From the NCBI GenBank assembly GCA_030390025.1, contig CM059432.1, forward strand, positions 81,470,001-81,534,000: a stretch of 64,000 nucleotides of DNA. Reading direction: 5' to 3'. Positions 24,998 through 36,806 of this stretch are shown here, piece after piece. Within the stretch, counting starts at the first letter, position 1. The number at the start of each line of letters is the position of its first letter. The DNA is from Squalus acanthias (Eukaryota). Below the pieces are notes generated by a model, which searched no databases, was not told where the DNA came from, and saw only the letters and a program-made list of their open reading frames with translations. The position numbers and the translations under genes were made by a program.

Positions 24998-26158
24998 CTA
25001 GAAGCGGCTTGCTATTAGTCGTTGACGGACGGCCCTTGCAGTTTGACCATTGTGGGCCGCCCTCCTGCCTTGGTGCTGCTGATGATCATCGTCCTCGTCC
25101 TGTTCCTCCTCTTCCTCCTCCTCCTCTGGTGGTGCTACAAGGCCTGGTGGCATTGGCTGGGTCCTGAGGATTGCCATGTTGTGCAACATGCAGCACACGA
25201 CTACGAAGTTCGAAACTTGCTCAGGCGAGTACTGCAGGGCTCCTCCGGAATGGTCCAGACAGCGGAACCGTTGTTTCAGCACGCCGATTGTGCGCTCAAT
25301 AATGTTCCTGGTTGCTTGATGGCTTTCCTGGTACCGCAGCTCAGCAGGGGTGTTTGGCGCACGGAGCGGTGTCATCAGCCAGGTGCTCAATGCGTACCCC
25401 TTGTCCCCCAGAAGCCAACCAACTGGCTGATGCGGTGCCTCGAAAAGTTCTGCCACGGTAGTCTGGCGCAGGATGAAAGCATCGTGGCAGCTGCCCGGAT
25501 AGTGGGCATTGACAGCGAGAATCACCTGTCTGTGGTCACAGACCAACTGCACATTCAAGGAATGGAACCCCTTTCTGTTCCTGAATTCCTCTGCATTCTC
25601 TCGCGGAGCACGCAAAGCCACATGCGTGCAGTCAATGGCGCCCTGCACCATGGGGAAGCCCGCTACCCTCGCAAAGCCCATAGCACGGTCATGCTGCTTG
25701 TCTGGGGTCATAGGGAAAGAGATGAAGTCTCGTCTCCTTCTGAAGAGGGCATTGGTGACCTGCCGGATGCAGCGATGCACCGCAAACTGGGAGATATTGG
25801 CGAGGTCCCCAACAGCAGCTTGGAATGAGCCAGTGGCGTAGAAGTTCAAAGCCACTGTGACCTTCACTGCCACCGACAGAGACGTCCTGGACCTCAGCTG
25901 AGGCTGCAGATCTGGCTGCAGCAGGTGGCAGAGCTCAGTGACCACCTCCTTGCTGAATCGCAGCCTTCGCAAACACAGCTCCTCGGACATATGGATGTAG
26001 GAGAGCTGTTCACGATATACCCTGGGAGGGTAAGCTCTCCTGTACATGCGCCTGATGGCCCTCCTCCGTCTGGCCATCATTGCCACTCTCTGTCTGCGTC
26101 TCACTATCCTCCGATTCAGCTGGAGCAGGACGACGCCCCCAATCATTGCAGCCCCCAT
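24998..26158 (-). CDS. PIF/Harbinger DDE transposase (HARBI1-like nuclease), 386 aa, uninterrupted
   Basis: Catalytic motifs GAIDCTHV, GWLLGDKGY and RNIIERTIGVLKQRFRCL; HTH region; YPGSCHDAFIL; CCMLHN. Confidence 0.96.
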   Translation of the reverse strand: MGAAMIGGVVLLQLNRRIVRRRQRVAMMARRRRAIRRMYRRAYPPRVYREQLSYIHMSEELCLRRLRFSKEVVTELCHLLQPDLQPQLRSRTSLSVAVKVTVALNFYATGSFQAAVGDLANISQFAVHRCIRQVTNALFRRRRDFISFPMTPDKQHDRAMGFARVAGFPMVQGAIDCTHVALRAPRENAEEFRNRKGFHSLNVQLVCDHRQVILAVNAHYPGSCHDAFILRQTTVAELFEAPHQPVGWLLGDKGYALSTWLMTPLRAPNTPAELRYQESHQATRNIIERTIGVLKQRFRCLDHSGGALQYSPEQVSNFVVVCCMLHNMAILRTQPMPPGLVAPPEEEEEEEEQDEDDDHQQHQGRRAAHNGQTARAVRQRLIASRF

Positions 26159-26351
26159 ATTCTCTTTGCCAGAAAAGTAATGAGGTACAGCAACTAAAGT
26201 AGCAACAAAGTTAGGATGAACTAGGCCAAACTACCTCACAAAGCGTTGAGTCAATGTAGAAGTCTCTCTCTCTCTCTCTCCGAATCTCTCTCTCTCTCTC
26301 AGAACGAGTGGTGCATAAATGTCGACCACAGAAAAAGACAGGAAGAGGCCC

Positions 26352-26498
26352 CCTTTAAATAGCGCCCCCCCCAGCCCCACACCGATTGATAACGTTCCAG
26401 TCTTCCGGTCGTTGGAAGCGCCAGGCGGTAAGGCAGGGGGCGCCACTCAATTTCTGCTCCGGGGCGCCCCAAGGGCATTGCACCATGGAATGACGTCA
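26352..26498 (-). promoter_or_regulatory. Putative transposase promoter (TATTTAAA box, CRE-like TGACGTCA)
   Basis: ctttaaatagcgc near 26354 and tgacgtca at 26491-98. Both motifs are retained in the derivative (near 27427 and 27554). Confidence 0.4.
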
Positions 26499-26852
26499 CA
26501 ATCTGCGCGCGCAGGTGGTCGCAGCGGTAAGTTTTAGCGCCGCCGCACAATCTCAAGTTAAGTTCTCGAGCGGCGCAAACAGCGCTGCGCCCGGGCGTTA
26601 GCGGCTTAACGCCCCATTAGCGCCCCTTAAGGCGCTAACGGGAGGCGCAACCAAGTGAATTTTTACCCCTAAATGTTTTAATTTTTTCTTAATTTTCCTT
26701 TCTGTCTCTTTTTTCTCCCTCTTAATCCAATCTTTCTTTCCCTCTCTTTATTTCTCTTTCTGTACCTGATTTGACTCTAATTCGCCCTAATTCCTTCTCA
26801 GTCATTCCTCTGTTTCTTTCTCAATCCTTAAAGTTAATTGGTTAAAGAGATA

Positions 26853-27733
26853 GGGGGAGAAATTCAGTTTCGCCCCATTTGGGGCGCAATTATCGGCCGG
26901 GAGCAAAGATTAGCGCCTGGCGCTAATTATCGCCACCGACTGCAAACTTGACTTTTATCGCCCCTGGAGGTGATTGCAGCGCTAAATCAGGCGCTTCACA
27001 CCTGTCTTAAGGCGCAAAGGCCGAGGAGCGAGGCGCTACCTCAGAGCGCTGGCGAAGCTCATGTAATGTCAGTCAGCAATGGAACACACACACAATGGCA
27101 CGGGCCAGTTCTTAAAGGGGATGGTTAATCTTGCTTTCCATCCACATCTTGCTCATTGCAGCCTTGAATCTCGGCCTGGAGAGACCTGCACATCAAATGT
27201 GCTGGAAAGAACAATGGCGAGTACCAGGCAAAGAGCTCAGAGTGCAGCCCCCACAGTCTCTGCTAAATCGATACAAGGAATGGCAAATCAAAATGACCCT
27301 GCAAAGTGCTGCTCATACCCAAAACTCCTTCACACAACGTTGAATCTCTCCAGAAGTCTCTCCCTCTCTCTCTCAGAATGCGTAGTTCAAAAATGGCACC
27401 AACAATAAAAGGCAGGAAGCGGTCACCTTTAAATAGCGCTCCCCCTTTCCCTTCATGACTGCAGAACGCTCCCCTCAAACTGTCGTTGCTAGCGTCAGGC
27501 GGTAAGGCAGGGGGCGCCACTCAATATCCGCTCCGGGGCGTTGCGCACTCGAGTGACGTCATGATCTGCCGGCGCAGGAGATCGTGGCGGTAGTGTTTAG
27601 CGCCGCCGCAAAATGTCTAGTTAATTTTGCGAGCGGCGCAAACTTCGCCGCGCCTGGGCGGTAGATGCTTTGCGCCCTATTAGCGCCCTCTTAAGGCGCT
27701 AACGGGAGGCGCAACCAACTGAATTTTCCCCCC
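26853..27733. mobile_element. Internally deleted non-autonomous relative of the 22524 Harbinger
   Basis: TIRs gggggagaaatt / aattttcccccc, TSD ata. The left ~330 bp and right ~390 bp align to the ends of 22524-26669, with no coding core. Confidence 0.92.
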
Positions 27734-28630
27734 ATAGACTGTTGGTCCCATTGTTCACCAAGGTCCCAGATGCCCCATTTCCCTCACACTTCCAGCAACT
27801 TACTGGGCAAAATATTTTTGAGCTGAAGGGTGAGGGAAAAGTAACAAACTGGGCAGGCTGCGCGATGCCGGCCTGCTCCAGCAAAATCTGGGCCATTAAC
27901 TTCAGTTGTTAAACTATAAAAGACTCCAGGGCTTCAAAACAAGGGCTGTTTATTGACTCGCTATTTCAGTTTACTACTTGGAACTGTTAACCATACAAAC
28001 ACTTTGTGGTGAGAGAGAACAGCCAGGGAACATCCTGTACTTGACTATGGATACAAAGTTACACCAACTTTAATTCAACCATAAAAAGTTGCAGGCTCCT
28101 ACCTAAACTGATATTTCCATCAGCACTCTGAAGGGGAGTCAGCTTCATGATGGGCACATCTCTTAGCTAATGTACCTCACATGAGGATCTGGATTAAGCA
28201 ATTTCTGCTGCGCAAGCCTGGTGTGCAGCATTGGGCTTGCATGCCTGGATGATTGCACACCCTAAATGTCTGTCATACAGCAGATGAGGAAACTCTGATG
28301 CTAGGCACAAAGCTGCTGGAAGGCATGAGCTGGAAGTTGGGTACGAGACTATGCACTCATATGTGTGCAGTTTGGCACCTAATAGGGAAATGAGTAGTTG
28401 CTCCTGAAATTCCACATCCCCAACTGTTGAAACCAACATTCAATGATGTATGGTGTGTGTCTGTGCTATGGTCAGAAGGGTGGTAGCAATATCCTCACAC
28501 ATGTTATGATGAGTTGCACAACTCATCATGCCACTTGTGAGGAGTTCCTGGTAGCTGCTGTCTGCCTAGCAAAGGTTTAAACCTGTGCTTCTGATTTTTC
28601 TGATGACCAAATAATGACTATCCTGCTTGG

Positions 28631-29069
28631 TATCAGTTTGGCTCAGTTGGCAGCACCCTCACCTCTGAGTCAGAAGGTTGTGAGTGCAAACCCCACGAAG
28701 GACTTCAGCAAATAATATAGGCTGGAACTAGTACTAAGGCAGTGCTGCATTGTTGGAAGTATTATCGTGTAGATGAGTCATTCAGCCGAGGCCACATCTG
28801 CCTACTCAGGTGGATGTAAAGGGTCCCGTAGCACGAGTCGAAAAAGAGCAGGGAGTTCTCCCACTGCAATGGCCAACGTTCCTCCCTCAACCAATACTAC
28901 CAAAAATAGATTATCCGATTAGTCATTCATTTGCTGTTTGTGGGACTTTGGCTGCAGTGTTTTCTTAAATAGCAACAGTGCCTACACTTCAAATGAAATC
29001 ATTGTTTGTAAAGTGCTTGTGACATCTGAGGATACAGTAAGATGCTACATGAATCCAAATTCTTTCTTT
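28631..29069 (+). mobile_element. Deu-domain SINE (tRNA head, L2-like tail), older copy
   Basis: A box tggctcagttgg; colinear with 56600-56961 joined to 61511-61605. Confidence 0.8.
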
Positions 29070-29982
29070 GGGGCAGTAGGTAAGTGGGGTCTCTTTGATT
29101 CCGAGATGACATGCCTGGAGATGGAAGAATGGAACTGAGTCAACCTTCCATTGCAATTATAGTGACCTGAAACCTGAACCAGTAAGGTTCACAGTACTTC
29201 AGAGCATTGTTGATGAGTGACCAGTTAATCTGGGTCATAAGTGGGATCTGGAGGAGTAGACGTGTCAATGGGGGCTTGGATTATTCCCACTTGGCTCCAG
29301 ATATGCTTGCAAGCCAATGCCCTAATTGGTGGGGTGGTCCTAGCTGGAAGGAAGCTTACCAGCTGATAAACTACATGGACTTACCTAGTAAAATTGTAGC
29401 AATACCCCTGCACACATTTGTCAACCTGCACCTAAACTCTCTGGAATTGGGTAAGTGTGGTTTGTCTCTCCAGAGGGAACATGAGTAATTTTCTAACTTA
29501 AATGGTTGGAAAATCACACGCAACATGCACGCAAATATTTGATATCTGCTCCTGGCTGGCAAGGTTCCCTGTCTGAAGCCTAAAATGTGCACTCCATATT
29601 GGGTAAACAGAAAATCTGTGTGGATTTCTCAGTAGCTTAGTTTGGAAACTTTACAGCACAGTGATGGGATTCTGTGTGTTTAAGACATCTGCCTGACCAA
29701 AAACAAAACTTAAATTAGAACAATTTAATAGATCTATTAGGCCTATCATTTTTTTAAATCTTTCTATGGGAAAGTACATGGACTCCATTTGGTAGCTGCC
29801 CACAGTGCTATAATTGAAAACTGGAGCTCGCTATATATTAATTGCATGTGCAGACACGCACACCATCACTCCATGGTCTAGTGTGCTGCAGAATTCCTGA
29901 GAGCAAGATATTGTGTGACCCTTGAGTGAGCAGCACTGATCTGAGTGTTGGATATGTTATGTTGCCCAATAGTTCCAACAAT

Positions 29983-30717
29983 GGCCCTGAAATTCGCCTC
30001 TCCGGCTTGCCGCGGGTGCAAGGATCGCGCGCGCACTTACCTACCGCGCCTGCCGTTGACCTCTGGGCCCACGGGAACTTCAGCTCCTGGGCCTGCTCCA
30101 AGTGCCGGCGCGCAGTGCTTGCGTGTCCCAGGGGCGTAGTTAGTGCGATGCGTCCCCTGGGATCACGTGGGCCATGGAGAGCCAATGGCAGCAGACCATC
30201 TTTCATTCATAGATTTGACAGGAAGACCTGTCAAATCTATGAATTGAAATCGGCCCCAAAAGAACAGCTAAACTTAAAATAATTTTTTTTTAAAACCATC
30301 ACATTTATAAAGTAACTATAAGTTAAATAAATTAAAATTTTTGAAAAAATTAAAATACTTTTTAAGAGTGCTAAAAATAAACTTACCTTTCTTTAAAGTA
30401 TCTAAAAAAGATAAACCTGTTGAAAAAATTTTTAAATTATAATTAATTAACCACTTACCTTGTTGAAAACGGGTCCTGCGCCTCCTTTTTAAAAGCGCAG
30501 GTTCTTCAATACTTACCCTCCCGGAGAAACCTGAAAAAAAACCTAAGTTTGCTGCGTGCGCGCAGCCTCTACCACGCACGCGGTTCACCTATGAACCGCT
30601 CCCTTCACCAGACCGGAAGTTCCGGTTTCCCGCGCATGTGCAGTGCATGCAGGAAACCGGCACTTCAGGACGCCTTACGGGTGAGTACACACCCGGCAAG
30701 GGCCGCATTTTTGGCCC
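29983..30717 (-). mobile_element. Harbinger-like MITE family M1, complete copy
   Basis: TIRs ggccctgaaatt / atttttggccc, flanks aat/att. Inverted homolog of 6784-7546. Confidence 0.85.
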
Positions 30718-32314
30718 ATTAGATTTAAATGCATGTATTAAGAGTGTGTTACGATTTTTTTTTTACACCAGACAAGAAATCTATTGAATATCAGTAGTCA
30801 AGTGGTTAAGCAATTCTTTACTGAATAACTACAAAGTTACCACAACAAATGCTGCGACTAATACTTTTAAGAGTTATTGGGCGTTCTGGAAGAAATTACA
30901 GTTCTAAACTTGTTTTGTGTTAATGACTGAACTCAAAATAGTGCTTCAAAGGAGACACATACTTCATATACACAAATTCCACATGTAAAGAGTAAGTATC
31001 TGTTTTTAATGACCTCCTTACCCTATAATTTCAAACTGTCAGAAATCAAAGGTGCTGGATATGCATTTTAAGCACTCTAGCTATTTTGAAATGTAGTATT
31101 AAATTTCCTTTAAAAAAAAATCTGGAATGGCACCAAGTATCTACAATAAGATTTCATGTGTCGGCCATGTACATTGAGTCTGTCAAACCTGTTGTCTGTG
31201 GAGCAGTCAGTTGGTTTTCTTCTTCCTCACTGATTAAATGTTTAAACCTCTCTTGGCTGGGTTTGGCTAAAACCATATGTGCAATATTAGCTTACAAACG
31301 CTTAACACATTCATGAGAAATTCCTTTGTCAACTATTTTAAACGCAGGTGTTAATCCATTGAAAATAAATGCCTACATTAAAAATAGAGAACAAAGAAAT
31401 TTCATCCAAATGTGTTACGCCTCACATGATTTTAAACCCCGTTTAGTTTTTCTTCTAATTAGTTACTTTCTACTTTTGTTATGCACCGATCATATTGCCC
31501 AAAACATTTCTACCCAATTTCAATTCTGTCCCCAGTCATTTTCCACCAAAAACTTTTACCCAATCACAGTAAAGCAAAACAAATTCTTTGCGACACACGT
31601 ACCTGGCCTCATGAATATTCCTGACCCTTTCTCATTAATTCTCGTCATAAAAGCTCAAATTCCATAAAATAAACTTCTGTATGATAAAGTCACTAGAGAG
31701 TTCACTTGGCCCATCTAATTGAGGCCCGACTGGAGCAACTTGTCTGTCAAAAATGGCTCCGCCGCCGACTATCTTTTCTTACAATGTGCCCATCAAAAAA
31801 TGTCTGTCTCCCCCAGCCATTTAAAATGGTTCCGCGTGAAAATGACTGAATAAAATAATTAAATAATGTCAGGGCATGTTGCAGTTTCAGCTGAATTCTC
31901 AACTTTATTTCATTATTTTGTGAACCTTGTGGCTGCGAGAAAGAAGAAGGTAGACATAGCAGGATACCAACCAGGCCAGAAGCAGTGCAGATGTACAGCA
32001 AATCAGGTCATAACACAGCTGTGTAGTGGAGAGAAGTAATTAGAAACTAAAATAATAACCCCTGAGAGAGAGGGAGAGACAGGGAATGAGCTCACAGACT
32101 GAAAGGAAAGTTTCAGCGAGGGAATAAGTAAGATGAGAAAATAAGGATTCTGCTTCTGATCACATAAATATGAATACTGCCTACCAGCAGCTAAAGAGAG
32201 AGGTGAAACCCCAGCCCAAATCCATAGAAATCTGCAGGCATTATCATAGGCAGTCAACTAGTTTAGTTATAAATATGGCAGCAGATTTCTCCAAAATCTG
32301 CGACATAGAAACAT

Positions 32315-33322
32315 GGGGGGAATTTTAACCCAAAAAAAACAGGTGGGTTGGCGTCGGGTGGGAAGTGAAAGTGTTAAAAATCTGAATCGCGACCAGTACC
32401 CGCCCACTTCCAGTTTTAACAGAGGCGGGACAGGAGGCGGGAAGCAAACCCGCTCCCAGGAGGACAATCTTCCAATTAAATATTATAATGAGGCTGCTGT
32501 GCCTCAGATTTATCCTCCATTTTAAATTTAACTGTAGCTGGTCAGGTTTTGCAGGCCTCGTGAAACCCACCAGCTAAAGTAAGGCGAGGACTGTGGGATC
32601 CAGGAGGTAAATGCCTTTACACTTACCTCCTGGATCCAGCGTCCCTGCCTAACCCACCCTGTGTGATTGGAGACCCCCCCCATGAGGCCTCGGATCTCCC
32701 CCCGAGACCTCCAATCATACACCCCCACCTCTCCAAATGAGGCCTCTCCCCACCATGCTCCTCTGGCCTCCCCTTTGCTGCTCCTGGCCCCCTCGTGCTG
32801 CCCCCCCGATCATAGCTGCTCCTGGACCTTCGAAGATTACCCCTCGGCCCTGCCCTGCTCCTCCGGCCCTCCGATAATCACCCCCAACCCCCACACGAGC
32901 CTCCGGCCCTCCGATAATCGCCCCGCCACTCTCCTCCCGCCCCCGATCAGCCGCTCCCAGCCCTCCGATCGTTCCCGAACTCCCCACTCCACACCTCTGG
33001 CCCTCTGATTGTTCCAGACTCACCCGCGCCCCCCCCCCCCCCCCCCCTCCTCCAATCGGTCTCGAGCCCCCCCACCGCTCCTCTGGCCTTCCGATCATTC
33101 ACGAACCCCACCTCCCTCCCTGCTCCTTCGGCCCTCCAATTGGTCCCAACCCAATCTCTCCTGCGGCCACCACCATCCCCCCGGCCTCCATGCGATCCCT
33201 CCCACCCTCCTCTCTGCAGCCTAATGCTGCAGGCATACCCACCCACAACAAGCTGGCTGGTTGTGGGTGGGAAACAAAGGTTTCCAATGCAAATCAAGCC
33301 CTGCCATTAAATTCTGGGCCCC
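32315..33322. mobile_element. Harbinger-like MITE with C-rich degenerate ccgat-type repeat core
   Basis: Ends ggggggaatttt / aaattctgggcccc; low-complexity core at 32650-33210. Confidence 0.5.
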
Positions 33323-33548
33323 AATGGTGGATGTCCGTACCCAGAATGCACTGCATACTCGAAGAATCCCTATCCATTGTAGAGTCAAGTCATGGCTGCT
33401 AATCCCCATGACTCTTACCAAAGAAAGAGACCGGCGCTGCATCTTTCCTTTTCCGGTACCCAGACTACGATGGCAGGGGTCTCTCATCACCATCTTAGAC
33501 ACGGGAGTGGATCCCGGAGCACAAGTACTCCAAGTAATAGCACGCGAT

Positions 33549-33831
33549 TTTTTCTTTTTATTCGTTCCTGGGAAGTGGGCGTCACTGGCAAGGCCAGCAT
33601 TTATTGCCCATCCTTCATTGCCCTTGAGAAGGTGGTGGTGAGCCGCCTTCTTGAACCGCTGACATTCGTGTGCTGAAGGTACTCCCACAGTGCTGTTAGG
33701 GAGGGAGTTCCAAGATTTTGACCCAGCGACGATGAAGGAACAGCGATATACTTCCAAGTCAGGATGGTGTGTGACTTGGAAGGGAATTTGGCGGTGATGG
33801 TGTTCCCATGCGCCTACTGCCCTTGTCCTTC
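33549..33831 (-). mobile_element. LINE-A 3' end
   Basis: Reverse complement of the LINE-A tail with a poly(A)-like run. Confidence 0.9.
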
Positions 33832-34797
33832 TATAAGAACATAAGGAATAGGAGCTAGAGTAGGCCATTTGGCCCTTTGAGCCTGCTCCGCCATTCAACA
33901 AGATCATGGCTGATCTTCTACCTCAACTCCACCTTCCCGTACTATCCCCATATCCTTTAACTCCCTTCGTTCCCTAAAATTTATTGACCTCTGTCTTGAA
34001 TATACTCGATGACTGAGCATCCACAGCTCTCTGGGGTAGAGAATTCCAAAGATTCACAACCCTTTGAGTGAAGAAATTTCTCCTCATCTCAGTCCTAAAT
34101 GGCCGACCCCTTATTCTGAGACTGTGCCCCCGTGTTCTAGATTCCCCAGCCAGGGGAAACATTTTCCCAGCATTAACCCTGTCAAGCCCCTTAAGAATTT
34201 TATATGTTTCAATGAGATCACCTCTCATTCTTCTAAACTCTAAGGAATATAGGCCTAGTCTACTCAATCTCTCCTCATAGGAAAATGCCCCCATCCCAGG
34301 AATCAGTCTAGTGAACCTTCTTTGCACTTCTCTAAGGCAAGTATGTCTTTCCTTAGGTAAGGAGACCAGAACTGTACACAGAACTCCAGGTGTGGCCTCA
34401 CCAATGCCCTGTATAATTGTAGTAAGACTTCTTTACTCTTATACTCTAATCCCTTTGTAACAAAAGGTAATATACCATTTGCTTTCCTAATTGCTTGCTG
34501 TACCTGCATGTTAACTTTCTGTGATTCATGTACAAGAACACCCAGATCCTTCTGAATGCAAACATTTCCCAGTCTCTCACCATTCAAAAAGTATTCTGCT
34601 TTTTTGTTTTTCCTACCAAAATGGATAACTTCACACTTCCCAACATTGAATTCCATTTGCCATGTTCTTGCCCATTCAGTCAACCTGTCTATATCTCTCT
34701 GCAGCCTCTTTGCATCCTCCTCACAGCTTACTTTCCCACCTCACTTTGTATCATCAGCAAACTTGGATATGTTACACTCAGTCCCTTCGTCTAAGTC
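33832..34797 (-). mobile_element. CR1 3' portion
   Basis: ORFs 33974-34327 and 34303-34683 (WQMEFNVGKCEV, LVRPHLE, RNFFTQRVV); ataagaac tail repeat. Confidence 0.92.
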
Positions 34798-35756
34798 ATA
34801 GAATCATAGAATGGTTACAGCACAGAAGAAGGCCATTCAGCCCGTCGAGCCCGTGCTGGCTCTCAGCTAGTCCCACTCTCCCACCCTTTCCTCGTAGCCC
34901 TGCAAATTTTTATCCTTCAGGTACTTATCCAACTCCCTTTTGAAAGATAAGATTGAATCTGCCTCCACCACCCTTTCAGGCAGTGCATTCCAGATCTTAA
35001 CCACTCGCATAAAAAAGTTTTTTCTTACGTCGCCTTTGGTTCTTTTGCCAATCACCTTGAATCTGTGTCCTCTGGTTCTCGACCCTTCTGCCAATGGGAA
35101 CAGTTTCTCTCTATCTACTCTGTCCAGACCCTTCATGATTTTGAACACCTCTATCAAATCTCCTCGAACAACCCCAGATTCTCCAGTCTATCTACGTAAC
35201 TGAAGTCCCTCATTCCTGGAATAATTCTCGTAAATCTTTTCTGCACCCTCTCGAAGGCCTTCACATCCTTTCTAAAGTGTGGTGCCCAGAATTGGACACA
35301 GCACTCCAGTTTGGGCTGAACCAGTGTTTTATACAGGTTCATTATAATTTCCACACCTTTGTACTCTATACCTCTATTTATGAAGCCCATAAGCCTTTTT
35401 AACTGCTTTCTCAACCTGCCCTGCCACCTTCAACGATTTGTGCACTCATACCCCCAGGTCTCTCTGTTCATGCACCCCCTTTAGGATTGTACCATTTAGT
35501 TTATATGTCCTCTCCTCATTCTTTCTACCAGAATGTATCACTTCACACTTGTGGCCTGTACACCCACGTTCAAGTCATTAATATATATCAAGAAAAGCAG
35601 TGGTCCTAGAACTGACCCCTGGGGAACACCACTGTATACCTTCCTCCAGTCCGACAAACAACCATTCACCACTACTCTCTGTTTCCTATCACTTAGCCAA
35701 TTCCGTATCCATGCTGCCACTGTCCCTTTTATTCCAAGGGCTTCAACTTTGCTGGC
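34798..35756 (-). mobile_element. Second CR1 subfamily 3' portion, internally deleted
   Basis: catagaat tail repeat; ORFs 34867-35157 and 35154-35414; [13 protein letters not shown]...[10 protein letters not shown]. Confidence 0.9.
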
Positions 35757-36314
35757 ATCATTCAGGTCTTGCTGCATGTGGGCATGGACTGCTTCATTAT
35801 CTGAGGAGTTGCGAATGGCACTGAACACTGTGCAGTCATCAGCGAACATCCCCACTTCTGACCTTATGATGGAGGGAAGGTCATTGACGAAGCAGCTGAA
35901 GATGGTTGGGCCTAGGACACTGCCCTGAGGAACTCCTACAGCGATGTCCTGGGGCTGAGATGATTGGCCTTCAATAACCACAACCATCTTCCTTTGTGCT
36001 AGGTATGACTCCAGCCAGTGGAGAGTTTTCCCCCCGATTCCCATTGACTTCAGTTTTACTAGGGCTCCTTGATGCCACACTTGGTCAAATGCTGCCTTGA
36101 TGTCAAGGGCAGTCACTCTCACCTCACCTCTGGAATTCAGCTCCTTTGTCCATGTTTGGACCAAGGCTGTAATGAGGTCGGGAGCCGAGTGGTCCTGGCG
36201 GAACCCAAACTGGGCATCAGTGAGCAGGTTATTGGTGAGTAAGTGCCGCTTGATAGCACTGTCGATGACACCTTCCATCACTTTGCTGATGATTGAGAGT
36301 AGACTGATGGGACG
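35757..36314 (-). mobile_element. LINE-A RT core fragment
   Basis: [40 protein letters not shown]; matches 46640-47195. Confidence 0.92.
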
Positions 36315-36806
36315 GTTCCTCTGTCAGAATCTCCTCTATCTCACCCTCGAGTCACTTGCTTTCTCAGTCCCACACACCAGCTCAGATATTTTCACGCAAA
36401 GTGAATTAGATAGTGTTAGTGAGGATGTGGTACCGGATAATTCACAGAGCATGATTATGGCAAAGAAATGTATGCCCATAGGGAATGCCGTAGCTACTCC
36501 TGAGAAGCTTTCACTTTGGTGATGGAAATCAAAGTCCTTTGGTGGTCTCACACTCCTACAGGCAGTCCAAGGATGTCTAGGCTCATTGCCAAAATATCAT
36601 TCCAAAAAGTTGTTTCCAGCTTCAATAATCTCTGCTCAAACTTTCAGTAGTCATTAGTCTCAAAAACTCCTCATTTCCACCAATTTCAGTTGATCGTGGC
36701 AACAGCTGCACCTAATATTTCTCTTTCCAACTTACCACTGATGCATTGAGAGTGTAAATCCAGGAAATTTGTGGCTGAAATGCCACTGGCCCTCATTTAA
36801 ACATAT

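Larger units (their letters stand above)
22524..26669. mobile_element. Apparently intact autonomous PIF/Harbinger transposon (~4.15 kb)
   Basis: TIRs ggggtagaaatt / aatttttacccc, flanks tat/taa. Intact transposase and a splice-consistent Myb gene in convergent orientation. Confidence 0.95.
21360..27894. mobile_element. Outer Harbinger-like MITE hosting three nested Harbinger-type insertions
   Basis: TIRs ggcccaaaagttgctg / cagcaaaatctgggcc, TSD att (21357-59 / 27895-97). Confidence 0.75.

Noticed and set aside
25022..25828. 268-aa antisense ORF over the transposase
   Set aside because: GC-rich shadow frame with a non-ATG start and no motif.
24998..26158. Domesticated host gene HARBI1
   Set aside because: It lies between TIRs with a Myb partner and has related mobile copies nearby, so it is a transposon ORF. 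No gene symbol was assigned.
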